A stretch of 63,274 nt of DNA, counting the filler, from Octopus bimaculoides (lineage: Eukaryota): NCBI RefSeq assembly GCF_001194135.2. It is 5 parts of 5 records of this genome, joined end to end, with 100 filler letters (N's around TTAATTAATTAA, not from the genome) between each part and the next. Parts side by side here need not be neighbours in the genome. Positions count along the whole stretch, not along the records: positions 27,879 to 50,785 come from NC_068986.1; positions 50,886 to 54,746 come from NW_026348137.1; 3 more parts are not named here. One strand, written 5' to 3'. The notes below the pieces were generated by a model that was given only the letters and a program-made list of their open reading frames with translations, ran no database searches and was not told the DNA's origin. Position numbers and translations under genes: made by a program. Positions 38,915-51,444 of the stretch are shown here, one piece after another. Within the stretch, counting starts at the first letter, position 1; each line of letters opens with the position of its first letter.

Positions 38915-40546
38915 CATACATACATACGTACATACATACATATATACATCCATACATATATACATACATACATACATACATACATACCGCAAACATTCAC
39001 ACAAAGATAAAGTTAATGCGCAAACACACGCGCAACACACATATTCATACGCATACAGACATATACACTCACATACACAAACACATACACTCATACGTAC
39101 ATATGCACATATACTTGCGCACCTTTTATGCGTGCTACTGTGTACACATGAAGCATGCATATATATATATATACACACACACATATATATATTCATGTTT
39201 ACATGCGTGGCTACGTGTGTACGTGTGTGTGTGTGTGTGTGTGTGTTAGAGAGAGAGCAAATCAGTTAGACGAGAGGAAAGATTTTGTGGCTACACTATA
39301 ATGCATTATACCTGTATCTTGGGGATTTCGAAAGAGCTATTTGCAATTTTGTCGTAAATACTGTTGCTGTATCCATACACACACACACACACACGCACAC
39401 ACACACACACTCACACACACACACACACACAGNNNNNNNNNNNNNNNNNNNNNNNNNNNNNNNNNNNNNNNNNNNNNNNNNNNNNNNNNNNNNNNNNNNN
39501 NNNNNNNNNNNNNNNNNNNNNNNNNNNNNNNNNNNNNNNNNNNNNNNNNNNNNNNNNNNNNNNNNNNNNNNNNNNNNNNNNNNNNNNNNNNNNNNNNNNN
39601 NNNNNNNNNNNNNNNNNNNNNNNNNNNNNNNNNNNNNNNNNNNNNNNNNNNNNNNNNNNNNNNNNNNNNNNNNNNNNNNNNNNNNNNNNNNNNNNNNNNN
39701 NNNNNNNNNNNNNNNNNNNNNNNNNNNNNNNNNNNNNNNNNNNNNNNNNNNNNNNNNNNNNNNNNNNNNNNNNNNNNNNNNNNNNNNNNNNNNNNNNNNN
39801 NNNNNNNNNNNNNNNNNNNNNNNNNNNNNNNNNNNNNNNNNNNNNNNNNNNNNNNNNNNNNNNNNNNNNNNNNNNNNNNNNNNNNNNNNNNNNNNNNNNN
39901 NNNNNNNNNNNNNNNNNNNNNNNNNNNNNNNNNNNNNNNNNNNNNNNNNNNNNNNNNNNNNNNNNNNNNNNNNNNNNNNNNNNNNNNNNNNNNNNNNNNN
40001 NNNNNNNNNNNNNNNNNNNNNNNNNNNNNNNNNNNNNNNNNNNNNNNNNNNNNNNNNNNNNNNNNNNNNNNNNNNNNNNNNNNNNNNNNNNNNNNNNNNN
40101 NNNNNNNNNNNNNNNNNNNNNNNNNNNNNNNNNNNNNNNNNNNNNNNNNNNNNNNNNNNNNNNNNNNNNNNNNNNNNNNNNNNNNNNNNNNNNNNNNNNN
40201 NNNNNNNNNNNNNNNNNNNNNNNNNNNNNNNNNTTTTTTTTTTTTTTTTTTCTGCAGCAAAACACTTCCTTCTCTGTTGCTCCTGTCCAAATAATCTGCA
40301 AAGAAATTCCAGCATAAAAACTGGGAAGTTAACTCTGCGACCGACTGGCGTCTCTTTCAAAGGATAGGTATATTGTAATCTCACTTCTAAATGCCGTTGG
40401 GAAAATGCTTAAGCTTGTGTTTTGCTCGTGTTCAAAGTATTCCAAGTGCGTTATCTACATTATTTACATTTGATGGATATTTGTTTCGGCTGATATACCC
40501 CAAGATTCCGAGTTCGATTTCAAGCAGTGACCTGAATAATAATAAC

Positions 40547-41066
40547 ATCAGAAAAAAGATGGTATAAACACACGCCAAAAAAGGTCACAGAAAACGAGAA
40601 AGCAACCATACTCTGGGATATGCCAATACACACAGATAGAGAAATTAAGGCAAATAGACCAGATATAGTTGTCAGAGATCATGAAGAAAAAAATGCTTTC
40701 TAATTGATGTATCAATACCAGCAGATGACAACGTTTCCCTAAAAGAAATGGAGAAACTTTCAAAATACAAAACCTGGAAATAGAGTTAACTCGAATGTGT
40801 AATCTAAAATCAGAAACAATTTCTATCATAGTACGTGCCTTAGGTATAATTAAAAAAATATTCAGACAAATACATAACAAAAACACCAGGACTTCCAAAT
40901 ATATATAACATACAGAAAATTGCACTACTGGGTACTGCACACATCCCACGCAAAACACTTTGAATACAGTAACCATAAGAGCATCACAGCAAACCACAGC
41001 ACGTACCCAAGGCACACAGAACTGCGCTCGGTAGTGAAGTTAAAGCACGTTATAAAAATAAAACTA
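40547..41066 (+). mobile_element. R4/Dong-like LINE 3' fragment (RLE domain plus 3' UTR)
   Basis: EKRWYKHTPKKVTENEKATILWDMPIHTDREIKANRPDIVVRDH...LIDVSIPADDNVSLKEMEKLSKYK...IQKIALLGTAHI, with frameshifts. Confidence 0.9.
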
Positions 41067-41135
41067 CTGAATAATAATAACAACAACATTGAAAAATACC
41101 TTAGGAATGAGAACCCAGGTTCAAAATTTCCCCAA

Positions 41136-41181
41136 GACACCTGATGAAGGCTGGAGGGTATATCAGCCGAAACGTTGTGTT
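41136..41181 (+). ncRNA. Minimal type I hammerhead ribozyme motif, best-preserved copy
   Basis: Stem I GACAC/GTGTT, core CTGATGA plus an extra A, stem II GGCTG/CAGCC, GAAA, palindromic ACGT stem III. Predicted cleavage after GTT at 41176. Confidence 0.7.
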
Positions 41182-41248
41182 AACAACAAACAAGATAAGG
41201 ACAAATATCCATCAAATGTAAATAATGTAGATAATGTACATAATTGTC

Positions 41249-41412
41249 GATAACATCGACCCCAGTGCGTAACTGGTACTTAATTTATCGACCCCGAAAG
41301 GATGAAAGGCAAAGTCAACCTCGGCAGAATTTGAACTCAAAACGTAACGGCAGACGAAATACCGCTATACATTTCGCCCGGCGTGCTAAAACTTCTGCCA
41401 GCTCGCCGCCTT
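41249..41412 (-). mobile_element. SINE family B
   Basis: Reverse complement of the family B consensus. Confidence 0.9.
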
Positions 41413-42061
41413 AGATGTGTGTATTTCTGTACGCCTCTGTGTCTCAGTCAGAATGTGTGCATGTGTCAATTTCCCAGTATACTGTTGTCGTAGTGTGTAC
41501 GTATGCCTCTGTGTGTGTGTGTGTGTGCATATGTGTGCGTATGTATTAAGCTGTATATATGCCCTGTATTTCCACGCCAGTGTGTCTAAGTGTGTATGCA
41601 TTTTTTGTGTCCATGGATTGATGTGCGTATGTGTTATATACGAGTGTATGTAAATGTGTCTGGGTGCTGGTGTGTGCGTTTGTGTATGTGTGTGCGTGCG
41701 TGTATGAGAGTAAGCGCGCGCGTGTGTATATGGGTATGCGTGTATCTGAATGTCAATGTACTTTCGAATGCGTTATGTTGGTGTGTGTGTGTTTCTGTGC
41801 GTGTATATGCGTGTGTATGCGTGTGTATGCGTGTGTGTATGTGTGCATATGTGCGTGCATATGTGTCTGTCTGTGTGTGTGTGTGTGCACGTGAGTGCGT
41901 ATGTGTGTTGGTACGTGTGTGTGTGTGTATGTGAATGTCATTATGCTTTCTTGTACGTTATGTTGGTGCGTGTGAGTGTGTTTGCGTGCGTGTGTGTGTG
42001 CGTGTATGTGTGTATGATTGTACGCGCGCGTGTGTGCATGTATGCGTGTGTGTCTGTGTCT

Positions 42062-42098
<37 letters not shown>

Positions 42099-43357
42099 GC
42101 TGTACGTGTATGTGAATGTCAATGAGCCTCCGTATACGTTATGTTGGTGTGTGTGTGTGCGTGTATGCGTGTGTGAGGTGAGTTTGTATATATGTGAGCG
42201 TGTGTTTCTGTGCGTGCGCGTGTGCATGCGTGTGTGTGTGCGTGTATGCCTTTGTGTGTGTGTGTGTGTGTGTGTGTGTGATCGAAGAGAAGACTTCGAT
42301 GTTGACTAGTGATTTATAAGAGAAACTGTTTAATCATGTTAAAAGGTCAGAAGCAGAAACTTTGAGAATCTTTCTTCTNNNNNNNNNNNNNNNNNNNNNN
42401 NNNNNNNNNNNNNNNNNNNNNNNNNNNNNNNNNNNNNNNNNNNNNNNNNNNNNNNNNNNNNNNNNNNNNNNNNNNNNNNNNNNNNNNNNNNNNNNNNNNN
42501 NNNNNNNNNNNNNNNNNNNNNNNNNNNNNNNNNNNNNNNNNNNNNNNNNNNNNNNNNNNNNNNNNNNNNNNNNNNNNNNNNNNNNNNNNNNNNNNNNNNN
42601 NNNNNNNNNNNNNNNNNNNNNNNNNNNNNNNNNNNNNNNNNNNNNNNNNNNNNNNNNNNNNNNNNNNNNNNNNNNNNNNNNNNNNNNNNNNNNNNNNNNN
42701 NNNNNNNNNNNNNNNNNNNNNNNNNNNNNNNNNNNNNNNNNNNNNNNNNNNNNNNNNNNNNNNNNNNNNNNNNNNNNNNNNNNNNNNNNNNNNNNNNNNN
42801 NNNNNNNNNNNNNNNNNNNNNNNNNNNNNNNNNNNNNNNNNNNNNNNNNNNNNNNNNNNNNNNNNNNNNNNNNNNNNNNNNNNNNNNNNNNNNNNNNNNN
42901 NNNNNNNNNNNNNNNNNNNNNNNNNNNNNNNNNNNNNNNNNNNNNNNNNNNNNNNNNNNNNNNNNNNNNNNNNNNNNNNNNNNNNNNNNNNNNNNNNNNN
43001 NNNNNNNNNNNNNNNNNNNNNNNNNNNNNNNNNNNNNNNNNNNNNNNNNNNNNNNNNNNNNNNNNNNNNNNNNNNNNNNNNNNNNNNNNNNNNNNNNNNN
43101 NNNNNNNNNNNNNNNNNNNNNNNNNNNNNNNNNNNNNNNNNNNNNNNNNNNNNNNNNNNNNNNNNNNNNNNNNNNNNNNNNNNNNNNNNNNNNNNNNNNN
43201 NNNNNNNNNNNNNNNNNNNNNNNNNNNNNNNNNNNNNNNNNNNNNNNNNNNNNNNNNNNNNNNNNNNNNNNNNNNNNNNNNNNNNNNNNNNNNNNNNNNN
43301 NNNNNNNNNNNNNNNNNNNNNNNNNNNNNNNNNNNNNNNNNNNNNNNNNNNNNNNNC

Positions 43358-43545
43358 GCTTGACAACCGATGCTGGTGTGTTTATGTCCCCGTAACTTAG
43401 CGGTTCGGCAAAAGAGCCCGATAGAATAAGTACTAGGTTTCTAAAGAATAAGTCCTGGGGTCGATTTGCTCGACTAAAGGCGGTGCTCCAGCTTGGCCAC
43501 AGTCAAAGACTGAAACAAGTAAAAAAGTAAAAGAGTAAAAGAGAT
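43358..43545 (+). mobile_element. SINE family A, 3' half
   Basis: Near-identical to 12380-12568. Confidence 0.9.
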
Positions 43546-43767
43546 GTATATGTCTGTCTGTATGCATGTATGTGCGTGTGTTAGTGCGTGTGTGTGTATA
43601 TTTGTGTGTGGAGTGATTATCGCAAATATAAGAGTACTCGCTACATGTTGTAGAGTATAATTATTTAATCTATTAAGCCGATGTCATTTGTTCCGCTGCT
43701 CGATGTTTCCGTGAGATGCACTTCATCAGTCGGGAAAATAAGGAAGACAGAAGAATACACACACACA

Positions 43768-43806
<39 letters not shown>

Positions 43807-44007
43807 TATGTAATTATTCAGTTTATTTCAAGATTCCTTGTCAATAGAGACGGAACCGGTTTCTAACCAAGATCCAAGGTTCCTTCATTGGAATTCCAGC
43901 ATCAGCAACAGGGTATTTTTGTTTGTATGTATGTATGTGCAGATCTGTATGTTTTATGCATGTATTCTCATGCATATAGTTGCATGTCTAGACATGCTCA
44001 TATATTT

Positions 44008-44250
44008 TTAAATGATAAACTTCTGGAAAGTTTTACAGATTTTTACAGTTCCAGTGATGGATTGGATCTGTAGTCTTCGAATTAGCTTTCTCCTTTCTGG
44101 ATTTGAGAAGCCTAATTTTTCAAGATTGGTATTTAAGCAGTGTGTTACATCTCCCACAGCTCCAATAATTACAGGTATAAACCTGAACTTGTAATCGAGA
44201 TAGAGTAACTGCAGAGTTCTCAATAGTTCAGCATAAGTGCTCTCTTTTTT
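44008..44250 (-). mobile_element. RLE-type LINE C-terminal fragment (second family)
   Basis: KKESTYAELLRTLQLLYLDYKFRFIPVIIGAVGDVTHCLNTNLEKLGF...LQIQSITGTVKICKTFQKFII*. Confidence 0.7.
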
Positions 44251-44689
44251 TCCTATGTATGTATATATTATGTATGTATGTAGTATGTATGTATGTATGT
44301 ATGTAAGTATGTGCGTACGTACGTATGTATGTATGTATGTATGTATGTGAGTACGTTCGTACATATGTACGTGCGCACGTACAGTAGTTCAGCACAGGTG
44401 TTCTCTTTTTCACTAGGTATGTATGTATGTATGTATGCATGTATGTACGTTTTATGTATGTATTATGTACGTATTTATGTATGTGCCTACGTACGTATGT
44501 ATGAATGTGTGTACGTTCGTACGTATGTATACGCGCACGTACATACGTATGCATGTATGTACGTACGTACGTATGTATGAATATATGTATGTGCGTACGT
44601 ATGTATGTTTAATTTTCTTTTTCGCTTCTTAATTTAGAATAATTTTTGACAGGCTACCAAATTGGTTACAAGGTTTTGAAGAAAAGTGT

Positions 44690-45085
44690 CTTATTCATAA
44701 TCTTTTACACCTTAAGGAAGTCCGAGATATCGTAGTCATTTGCAACGTATAAATTATGAAGTTGCGTTCCTCCCCAAGAATCCAAGTTCAGTTATGATTT
44801 GCACCAGGCGAGTTAGCGTATATCCCATTGCCCTATTAATAATGGGTAAGAAATTGAAAATGTATCATGGGTACAGGTTTTGCAAACTCCACCTCAATGG
44901 TCCATAAACATTTTCTTTCTCCTGTCATTTTGTGCACATATTGAGGTCCAAACGGCAGCTGATTTCCACAACAGGTTATGCTCTTATTCTGCGTGGTTCC
45001 ACACAGCATTATATGGCTGGTTGTGTTTGAACTTGGTGTCTGTTTTTAATTTTTGGTTCCACAAATATTCCTGTGGCCCAGTATA
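44690..45085 (-). mobile_element. Older copy of the second RLE-type LINE family
   Basis: EYLWNQKLKTDTKFKHNQPYNAVWN...LYP.YIFNFLPIINRAMGY...ELGF parallels 44008-44250. Confidence 0.55.
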
Positions 45086-46239
45086 AGATAATTAAGAAAC
45101 AGAAAGAGTTAATGAGAGATTCTGAGATTTAGTAACAGTAAGAATAAAACACCACACGTATTAATTACAATTATGAGATTGAGTAAGTTTACAAAAAAGG
45201 TTTTATATTCAATGTCTAAAAACGAATTATATAAATGATTCTTAAGTTTATTAATTTACCAATTCTGATTAGATTTCCTGCAGCTATCAGTAAATTAAAT
45301 CATTTAACTCCTGTTGATAACCTCTCCATGGCTTCGTATTCTGCTAAAAAAAACCTTTGTTCCTCACCTTATGTAGCCTAACTTCTATTGACTGAATTCC
45401 TAGAGGGAATAGACAGAATAAAGTGTATTTATTTGATCTAAAAATTCGTTGCTTTTTGTTTTCTTATTTGTTTGTTTGTTTGCTTGTTTTTTTTAATTTT
45501 TATTATTATTTTTTTTTTTTGTGGTGGAGTGCTTCTTCTTTTGTTTTGTTTGTTCTTTTAATAAAGAAGTTGATAATGATTTAACATTACTGCTGACGAT
45601 GATTGTTTTTTTCTTTTTGCTTTGTTTTGTTTTTTCATCGGAAGAAACAAGACTGTGTGGTTAAGAAGCTCGGTTTCAACCCACGTGTTTCAGGTTCAGT
45701 TCTACAGTCAACAGGCGCGAAGAACTNNNNNNNNNNNNNNNNNNNNNNNNNNNNNNNNNNNNNNNNNNNNNNNNNNNNNNNNNNNNNNNNNNNNNNNNNN
45801 NNNNNNNNNNNNNNNNNNNNNNNNNNNNNNNNNNNNNNNNNNNNNNNNNNNNNNNNNNNNNNNNNNNNNNNNNNNNNNNNNNNNNNNNNNNNNNNNNNNN
45901 NNNNNNNNNNNNNNNNNNNNNNNNNNNNNNNNNNNNNNNNNNNNNNNNNNNNNNNNNNNNNNNNNNNNNNNNNNNNNNNNNNNNNNNNNNNNNNNNNNNN
46001 NNNNNNNNNNNNNNNNNNNNNNNNNNNNNNNNNNNNNNNNNNNNNNNNNNNNNNNNNNNNNNNNNNNNNNNNNNNNNNNNNNNNNNNNNNNNNNNNNNNN
46101 NNNNNNNNNNNNNNNNNNNNNNNNNNNNNNNNNNNNNNNNNNNNNNNNNNNNNNNNNNNNNNNNNNNNNNNNNNNNNNNNNNNNNNNNNNNNNNNNNNNN
46201 NNNNNNNNNNNNNNNNNNNNNNNNNNNNNNNNNNNNNNN

Positions 46240-46410
46240 ATATATATATAGTCGACCGGTTTCTAACAGTTTCTGTCTACCAAATCCACTCATAAGACTT
46301 TGGGCGGCCCGTGGCTATAGTAGAAGACACTTGCCGCACAGCGGGACTGAACTCGGAACCATATGGTTGGGAAGCAAACTTCTTACCACAAAGTTACATC
46401 TGCACCTAAT
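46240..46410 (-). mobile_element. SINE family A, 5' half
   Basis: Reverse complement of the A head and body. Confidence 0.8.
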
Positions 46411-48250
46411 TTCTTTTTTTTTTAATGAATACAATTTTCATTATCAGCATGCGAAACTACATCAGAACTGCATTTTCTGTTGAAAATATCAAAAACTTCA
46501 AGTGATTGGAAAAAATTTAAGATCCTACAGACAAGGTGATAATCGAATCTCCACGTTGTTGCTCGTTCTGATAGACACGTGCATGTGTGTCTGTGTGTCT
46601 GTGCGCGTGTGTGTGTGTGTACATTTTGGTCTGCCAGTAGATAGGAAAGCGACACATCGTTATGTTATTTCCTATGAATTGTAAGGCAACTATGAAATAC
46701 AATTTACTTTATATATATATATATATCAGAGATATGCTTAATAATTCTATTCTCTTTTTCACAGACAAGTACTGTAAACATAGACGAACCAAGCATTAAT
46801 TAATGTGAGAAGCAACTTTTATTGGCTATTTATTACAGCAACTACAAGAGATTGTGATATTTCCCAGAATAGTTACATGTATAACTGCAATGCATATTTC
46901 CATATATCTATTTTGACTATTTTGCTGTAATATAGAGTGACTCTCATGGCAAAATTATTTTTATATATCGAAAAGTTTCTCCTCAAGAGAAAACGAAAGT
47001 ATCATTTACTTGATTTTACTTTAAGTCAAGCGGAATTTAAATTCGACCATAAAATTTCTATTTCTCAAATCTACTATTCTCCCTGTTTGGTCTGATGACC
47101 TTCGCAGAGTAACAGCCAAATTTATATCCATAAACTCGCTACTTTCTTCGAAATGCTAGTCAAATATTTTAATATTGTCTTTAAACATCTCTCAGTAATA
47201 TCTCTTTCTTTTCGCTCCGTCACTCTTTAAACTGTAGCTCTTTTTCACTGTTTCCGTCTATTTTTATTTCCTAGATATATGTGCCTTCTTATCTAACCTA
47301 CTTAAGTGGATATTTCGGTTTTAATACTTTACCGAAAATCATCATAAGCTTCATATGACTCGCATGATCTCATTTCGCCTTTTGTCACGTATGACGTCGA
47401 CAAACACTTCAATCTGTTAAGACCTGTCTTTTCGTCTAGTCAAATACGATAATTCCGTGAAAGAACCACTGTTGGAATACTTTCTTCTCACTCTTTACCT
47501 CCACCCTGATATTTCAGGTCAGCAAACTTTATTAACTGATGCGGTTGGTTTCTAATTATGGGTATACAATTGATTACCTTGCCAATCGTAACCAAGGAAC
47601 TTTAACTTCAAGATACATAAATTATGTATTTATTATTTTATGAATGTCTTTCTTTAGTCTAATTTGAAACTGTTAATTGATTTTGACAACTAAAGGCGGT
47701 GTATTATAGGTTTGTTCGGAAGGATTTGTGGTAATATAATAATCTATGATTATTGAAATATGTGAAAGTTTTAACTTTAATATTTGTTGATGCAGATCAC
47801 CACAGGTCTGCTAACTTTTTATTTATTTATGTCTGTTTTTGCCTGATTATTTCTGCAGGCTCTGGAGACATTTACTAAAGTCAAAGGATAGAATCTCGTA
47901 AAACCACTTCTTTACTTCCAAAGTCTGAAATACTTTTGAAAGCAGATTTAAATAGATTTACAAATTCAATAAATATGGGTCGAGATGATTGACTTTCACA
48001 AGTTTATGGAACTTCTGCAGTAATTAAAGATTGGTTTCGATGGCTCACTAAACGATGCTAACTATTGAGATTTGGAAATTCTTGTCTCAAGACACTCTTT
48101 TTGCATAGATTATCTTCAACGTTAGCATTGTTTTTTTTTTCCTTTCATACTGTGTAGGGCTTGTCGATGTTCAGTCTTCCATTCCAAGGCAATATATATA
48201 AGTGTGTGTGTATATATGTGCGTGCGTGCGCGTGCGTGTGTGTGTGTGTG

Positions 48251-48301
<51 letters not shown>

Positions 48302-49629
48302 GTATGAATACCATTTGATTTGGATCTTAGTGATCGTGGTTATTAGCTTGCTAGCTGTCACCATTTATTTATCTAGCAGTGTATTCTGTAGGAATGCTAA
48401 TAAATAAATACTCCTATTTCTTCATCCAGTCACAAGATTTATTAACGTAATCGCAATTGAATAATGATATCAGGTAAGCTGCAATTCCAATCCGTGTGAA
48501 AACATTAGCTGCACATGTCACGCGGTGAAGCAATATAATAATTAAAGATGATAATGACAGTTCAATATATGCAACAAATGTTTCAGTAGCATGGCAATTT
48601 ATTCGCAATCAATATATTCCATATGCTAACGCACCATCTATATCATTAGGCATTTCGAAAACATGGGAAGATAGAAATCGACTGCAAAGAAAGTTCGATC
48701 TGGAGAAAATTTTAGAAGTAAATTTTGATCAAACCAATCGATGATGGAATTGAAAAGATAAGTCAGCCAATTAAACATCGCCAAAAGAATCGTTTTGACT
48801 CGAGGCAGTTTACTTGCTTATCAATAAACTCGTAAATGATTTGCCTGAATAGCTCAGCCGTTAGATGTCTATCTTCTGATACCAATTAGTGTTTGACCAT
48901 TCCTGTTTTTTTCTTTTATGTTTTTAGAATGGATTAATGCTGTTCAGATGACGATGTCTGATTGGACGAATTTCTTTTTCAATTTGAAGCATGGAAGATA
49001 ATAGAAACATCTGGCCCAAAGTTGCATCATCTAAATCAACAAAGCTCATGCTGTTGTACAGAAGTTTTATCACCTACATCATTGGATGGCCTCGGTTAGC
49101 TCAAGTGCTACGGTAGAAGGGCCTGAAACATCGACAGAGATTCATCGCCCAGTTAAACATCGACTTCTGTAATCAGGGACGGACAACAACAGCAACCTCA
49201 GCAAGAATCTATTTACGGCAAATGCATTTATATGTGTGTGAGTGTACATGAGTGTGTATACGTACGCGCATATATATGTAGATCTGTGTGTGTCAAATGC
49301 TATATCATATTATTTTTAAAGATATAGTGCTAATATCTTTTTCCTGTACGTTTTAGAAGTTCTCTCATTATAATCAGAAACTCTAACTATAGCGTGCTAC
49401 AAATAAATACGAGTAATTTAATACCTTATTCTAATCTATTTATTTAGTACTCTCCAATTTTCTTACACACAGGTACAGCTCACTTTTTAACCACTTTCAC
49501 TGCGCAGTCCAATTTCACTGCGCAGCATCTTGAACAAGTGTCTGCTGTTATAGCCCCGGGCCTCCCAATGCCTGTTGAGTGAATTTGGTTGTGGGCAATT
49601 CTGTGAAAGCTCATTGTATGTGCGTCTTA

Positions 49630-50041
49630 TTTCTTTATTGCTTACAAGGGGCTAAACATAGAGGGGACAAACAAGGACAGACAAAGGGATTAAGTCGATT
49701 ACATCGACCCCAGTGTGTAACTGGTACTTAATTTATCGACCTCGAAAAGATGAAAGGCAAAATCGACTTCGGCGGAATTTGAACGCAGAACCTAGCGGCA
49801 GACTAAATACCTATTTCTTTACTGCCCACAAGGGGCTACACACAGAGGGGACAAACAAGGACAGACAAACGGATTAAGTCGATTATATCGACCCCAGTGC
49901 GTAACTGGTACTTATTTTATCGACCCTGAAAGGATGAAAGGCAAAGTCGACCTCGGCGGAATTTGAACTCAGAACGCAGTAGCAGACTAAATACCGCTAA
50001 GCATTTCGCCCGGCGTGGTAACGTTTCTGCCAGCTCGCCGT
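49630..50041 (-). mobile_element. Two tandem SINE B copies (49630-49812 partial, 49813-50041 full)
   Basis: Reverse complement of family B, present twice. Confidence 0.9.
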
Positions 50042-50334
50042 GTCTGTGTGTGTGGTGGTGTATCTTTGTGTTTGAGTTTGTTACCCACCACCACTTGATA
50101 AGTGGTAATGGTTTGTTTACGTCCCCCTAATTTAAAATATGTAGAAAGTTTTAAAAAATACTAAGTACTAGAGTCAATTTATTCGAAAAAATCCTCTAAG
50201 TCAGTGCCTTAGCATTGCGTTAGGATAAACACACACTCACACGTACACAGATATGTATTCTGCATGTGTACATAAATACATAAATACATACACAAATAAA
50301 TACACACATCCCATCCACCAATCCTACTTCTATC

Positions 50335-50785
50335 CCATCCACCCCTTCTCCGCTTCAGTCTGTTGTTACCATTCCTCCAGATCTTCCCCTCACCGAGGCG
50401 GAGCGCTCCCTCCTCAGTAGGGGTCTGCGCTTCATCCCTCTTACTCCATCCAGCAATGAATTTCGGACTCGTGCCGATATCCACAGCTTTGTGCGCCATG
50501 TTAGGTTGTGTGCACTTTTCCGCGACACTCCACTTGCATCTAATGAGGAGGACTGCTTCACAGACCTGGACCGTCGACCATCCCAGAGAACGCTCTTGGC
50601 CAGTTCCGAGTAGTCGATTTTTTTGTAGGCGCATGCCAGCGCGCTGTCGACCGGTTTAACTTTTCCAGGCGTCCCCTTCATCTGAACATCGCCCCAGCCG
50701 AACTCTCGGCCCTTCGATGTCTCCGACGTCGCACTGACATCATCATAAAACCGGCCGCCAAGGGAGGAGCCGTGGTGGTGTGACG
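50335..50785 (+). mobile_element. Penelope-like element, N-terminal part of the RT ORF (runs into a gap)
   Basis: VVTIPPDLPLTEAERSLLSRGLRFIPLTPSSNEFRTRADIHSFVRHVRLCALF, then a frameshift, then LNIAPAELSALRCLRRRTDIIIKPAAKGGAVVV (the PLE IKPADKGGAVVV motif). Confidence 0.9.
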
Positions 50786-50913
50786 NNNNNNNNNNNNNNN
50801 NNNNNNNNNNNNNNNNNNNNNNNNNNNNNTTAATTAATTAANNNNNNNNNNNNNNNNNNNNNNNNNNNNNNNNNNNNNNNNNNNNATTATTATTATTATT
50901 ATTATTATTATTA

Positions 50914-50945
<32 letters not shown>

Positions 50946-51287
50946 GTTGTTGATGTTATTATTGATGTCATTTTTTCTCGTTTTTATTGTATTTGTTGCT
51001 GTTTTCATTAGTGTAAACGTCATTGTTTTGGCAGTTATTGTTGTTGTTATTACTCATGCGTCATCATCATCGTCATCGTCGTCGTCATCATCATCATCAT
51101 CATTATCGTCATCATCTTCGTCATCATCATCGTTGTCATCATCATCATTACCGTCATCACCATCGTCATTATCACCTTGAGCATCACCACCACCACCACC
51201 ACCACCACCACCAACATCATATGTATCATTATTAATGTTATTGAAGATATACTTCTCTTGATTATTATTATTATTGTTAGTAGTGGT

Positions 51288-51366
<79 letters not shown>

Positions 51367-51444
51367 TTTTCATTATGTTCTGAGTTCAAACTCCGCCGAG
51401 GTCGATTTTACCTTTCACCCATTCGCCGGCTCTCTACTGTCTCT

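Larger units (their letters stand above)
40451..41245 (+). mobile_element. Composite: head-truncated SINE D with an inverted copy of its own 3' end (40451-40500), interrupted by an R4/Dong LINE 3' fragment
   Basis: D B-box region at 40497-40546 and D tail at 41067-41245. Confidence 0.8.

Noticed and set aside
41700-42280. CRISPR-like repeat-spacer appearance
   Set aside because: Eukaryotic context, degenerate repeats, microsatellite spacers and no cas genes.
28157-46295. 200-360 aa ORFs at 28.2, 36.8, 39.3, 42.3 and 45.6 kb (also at 53.4, 58.1 and 60.1 kb)
   Set aside because: They consist almost entirely of X from N runs.
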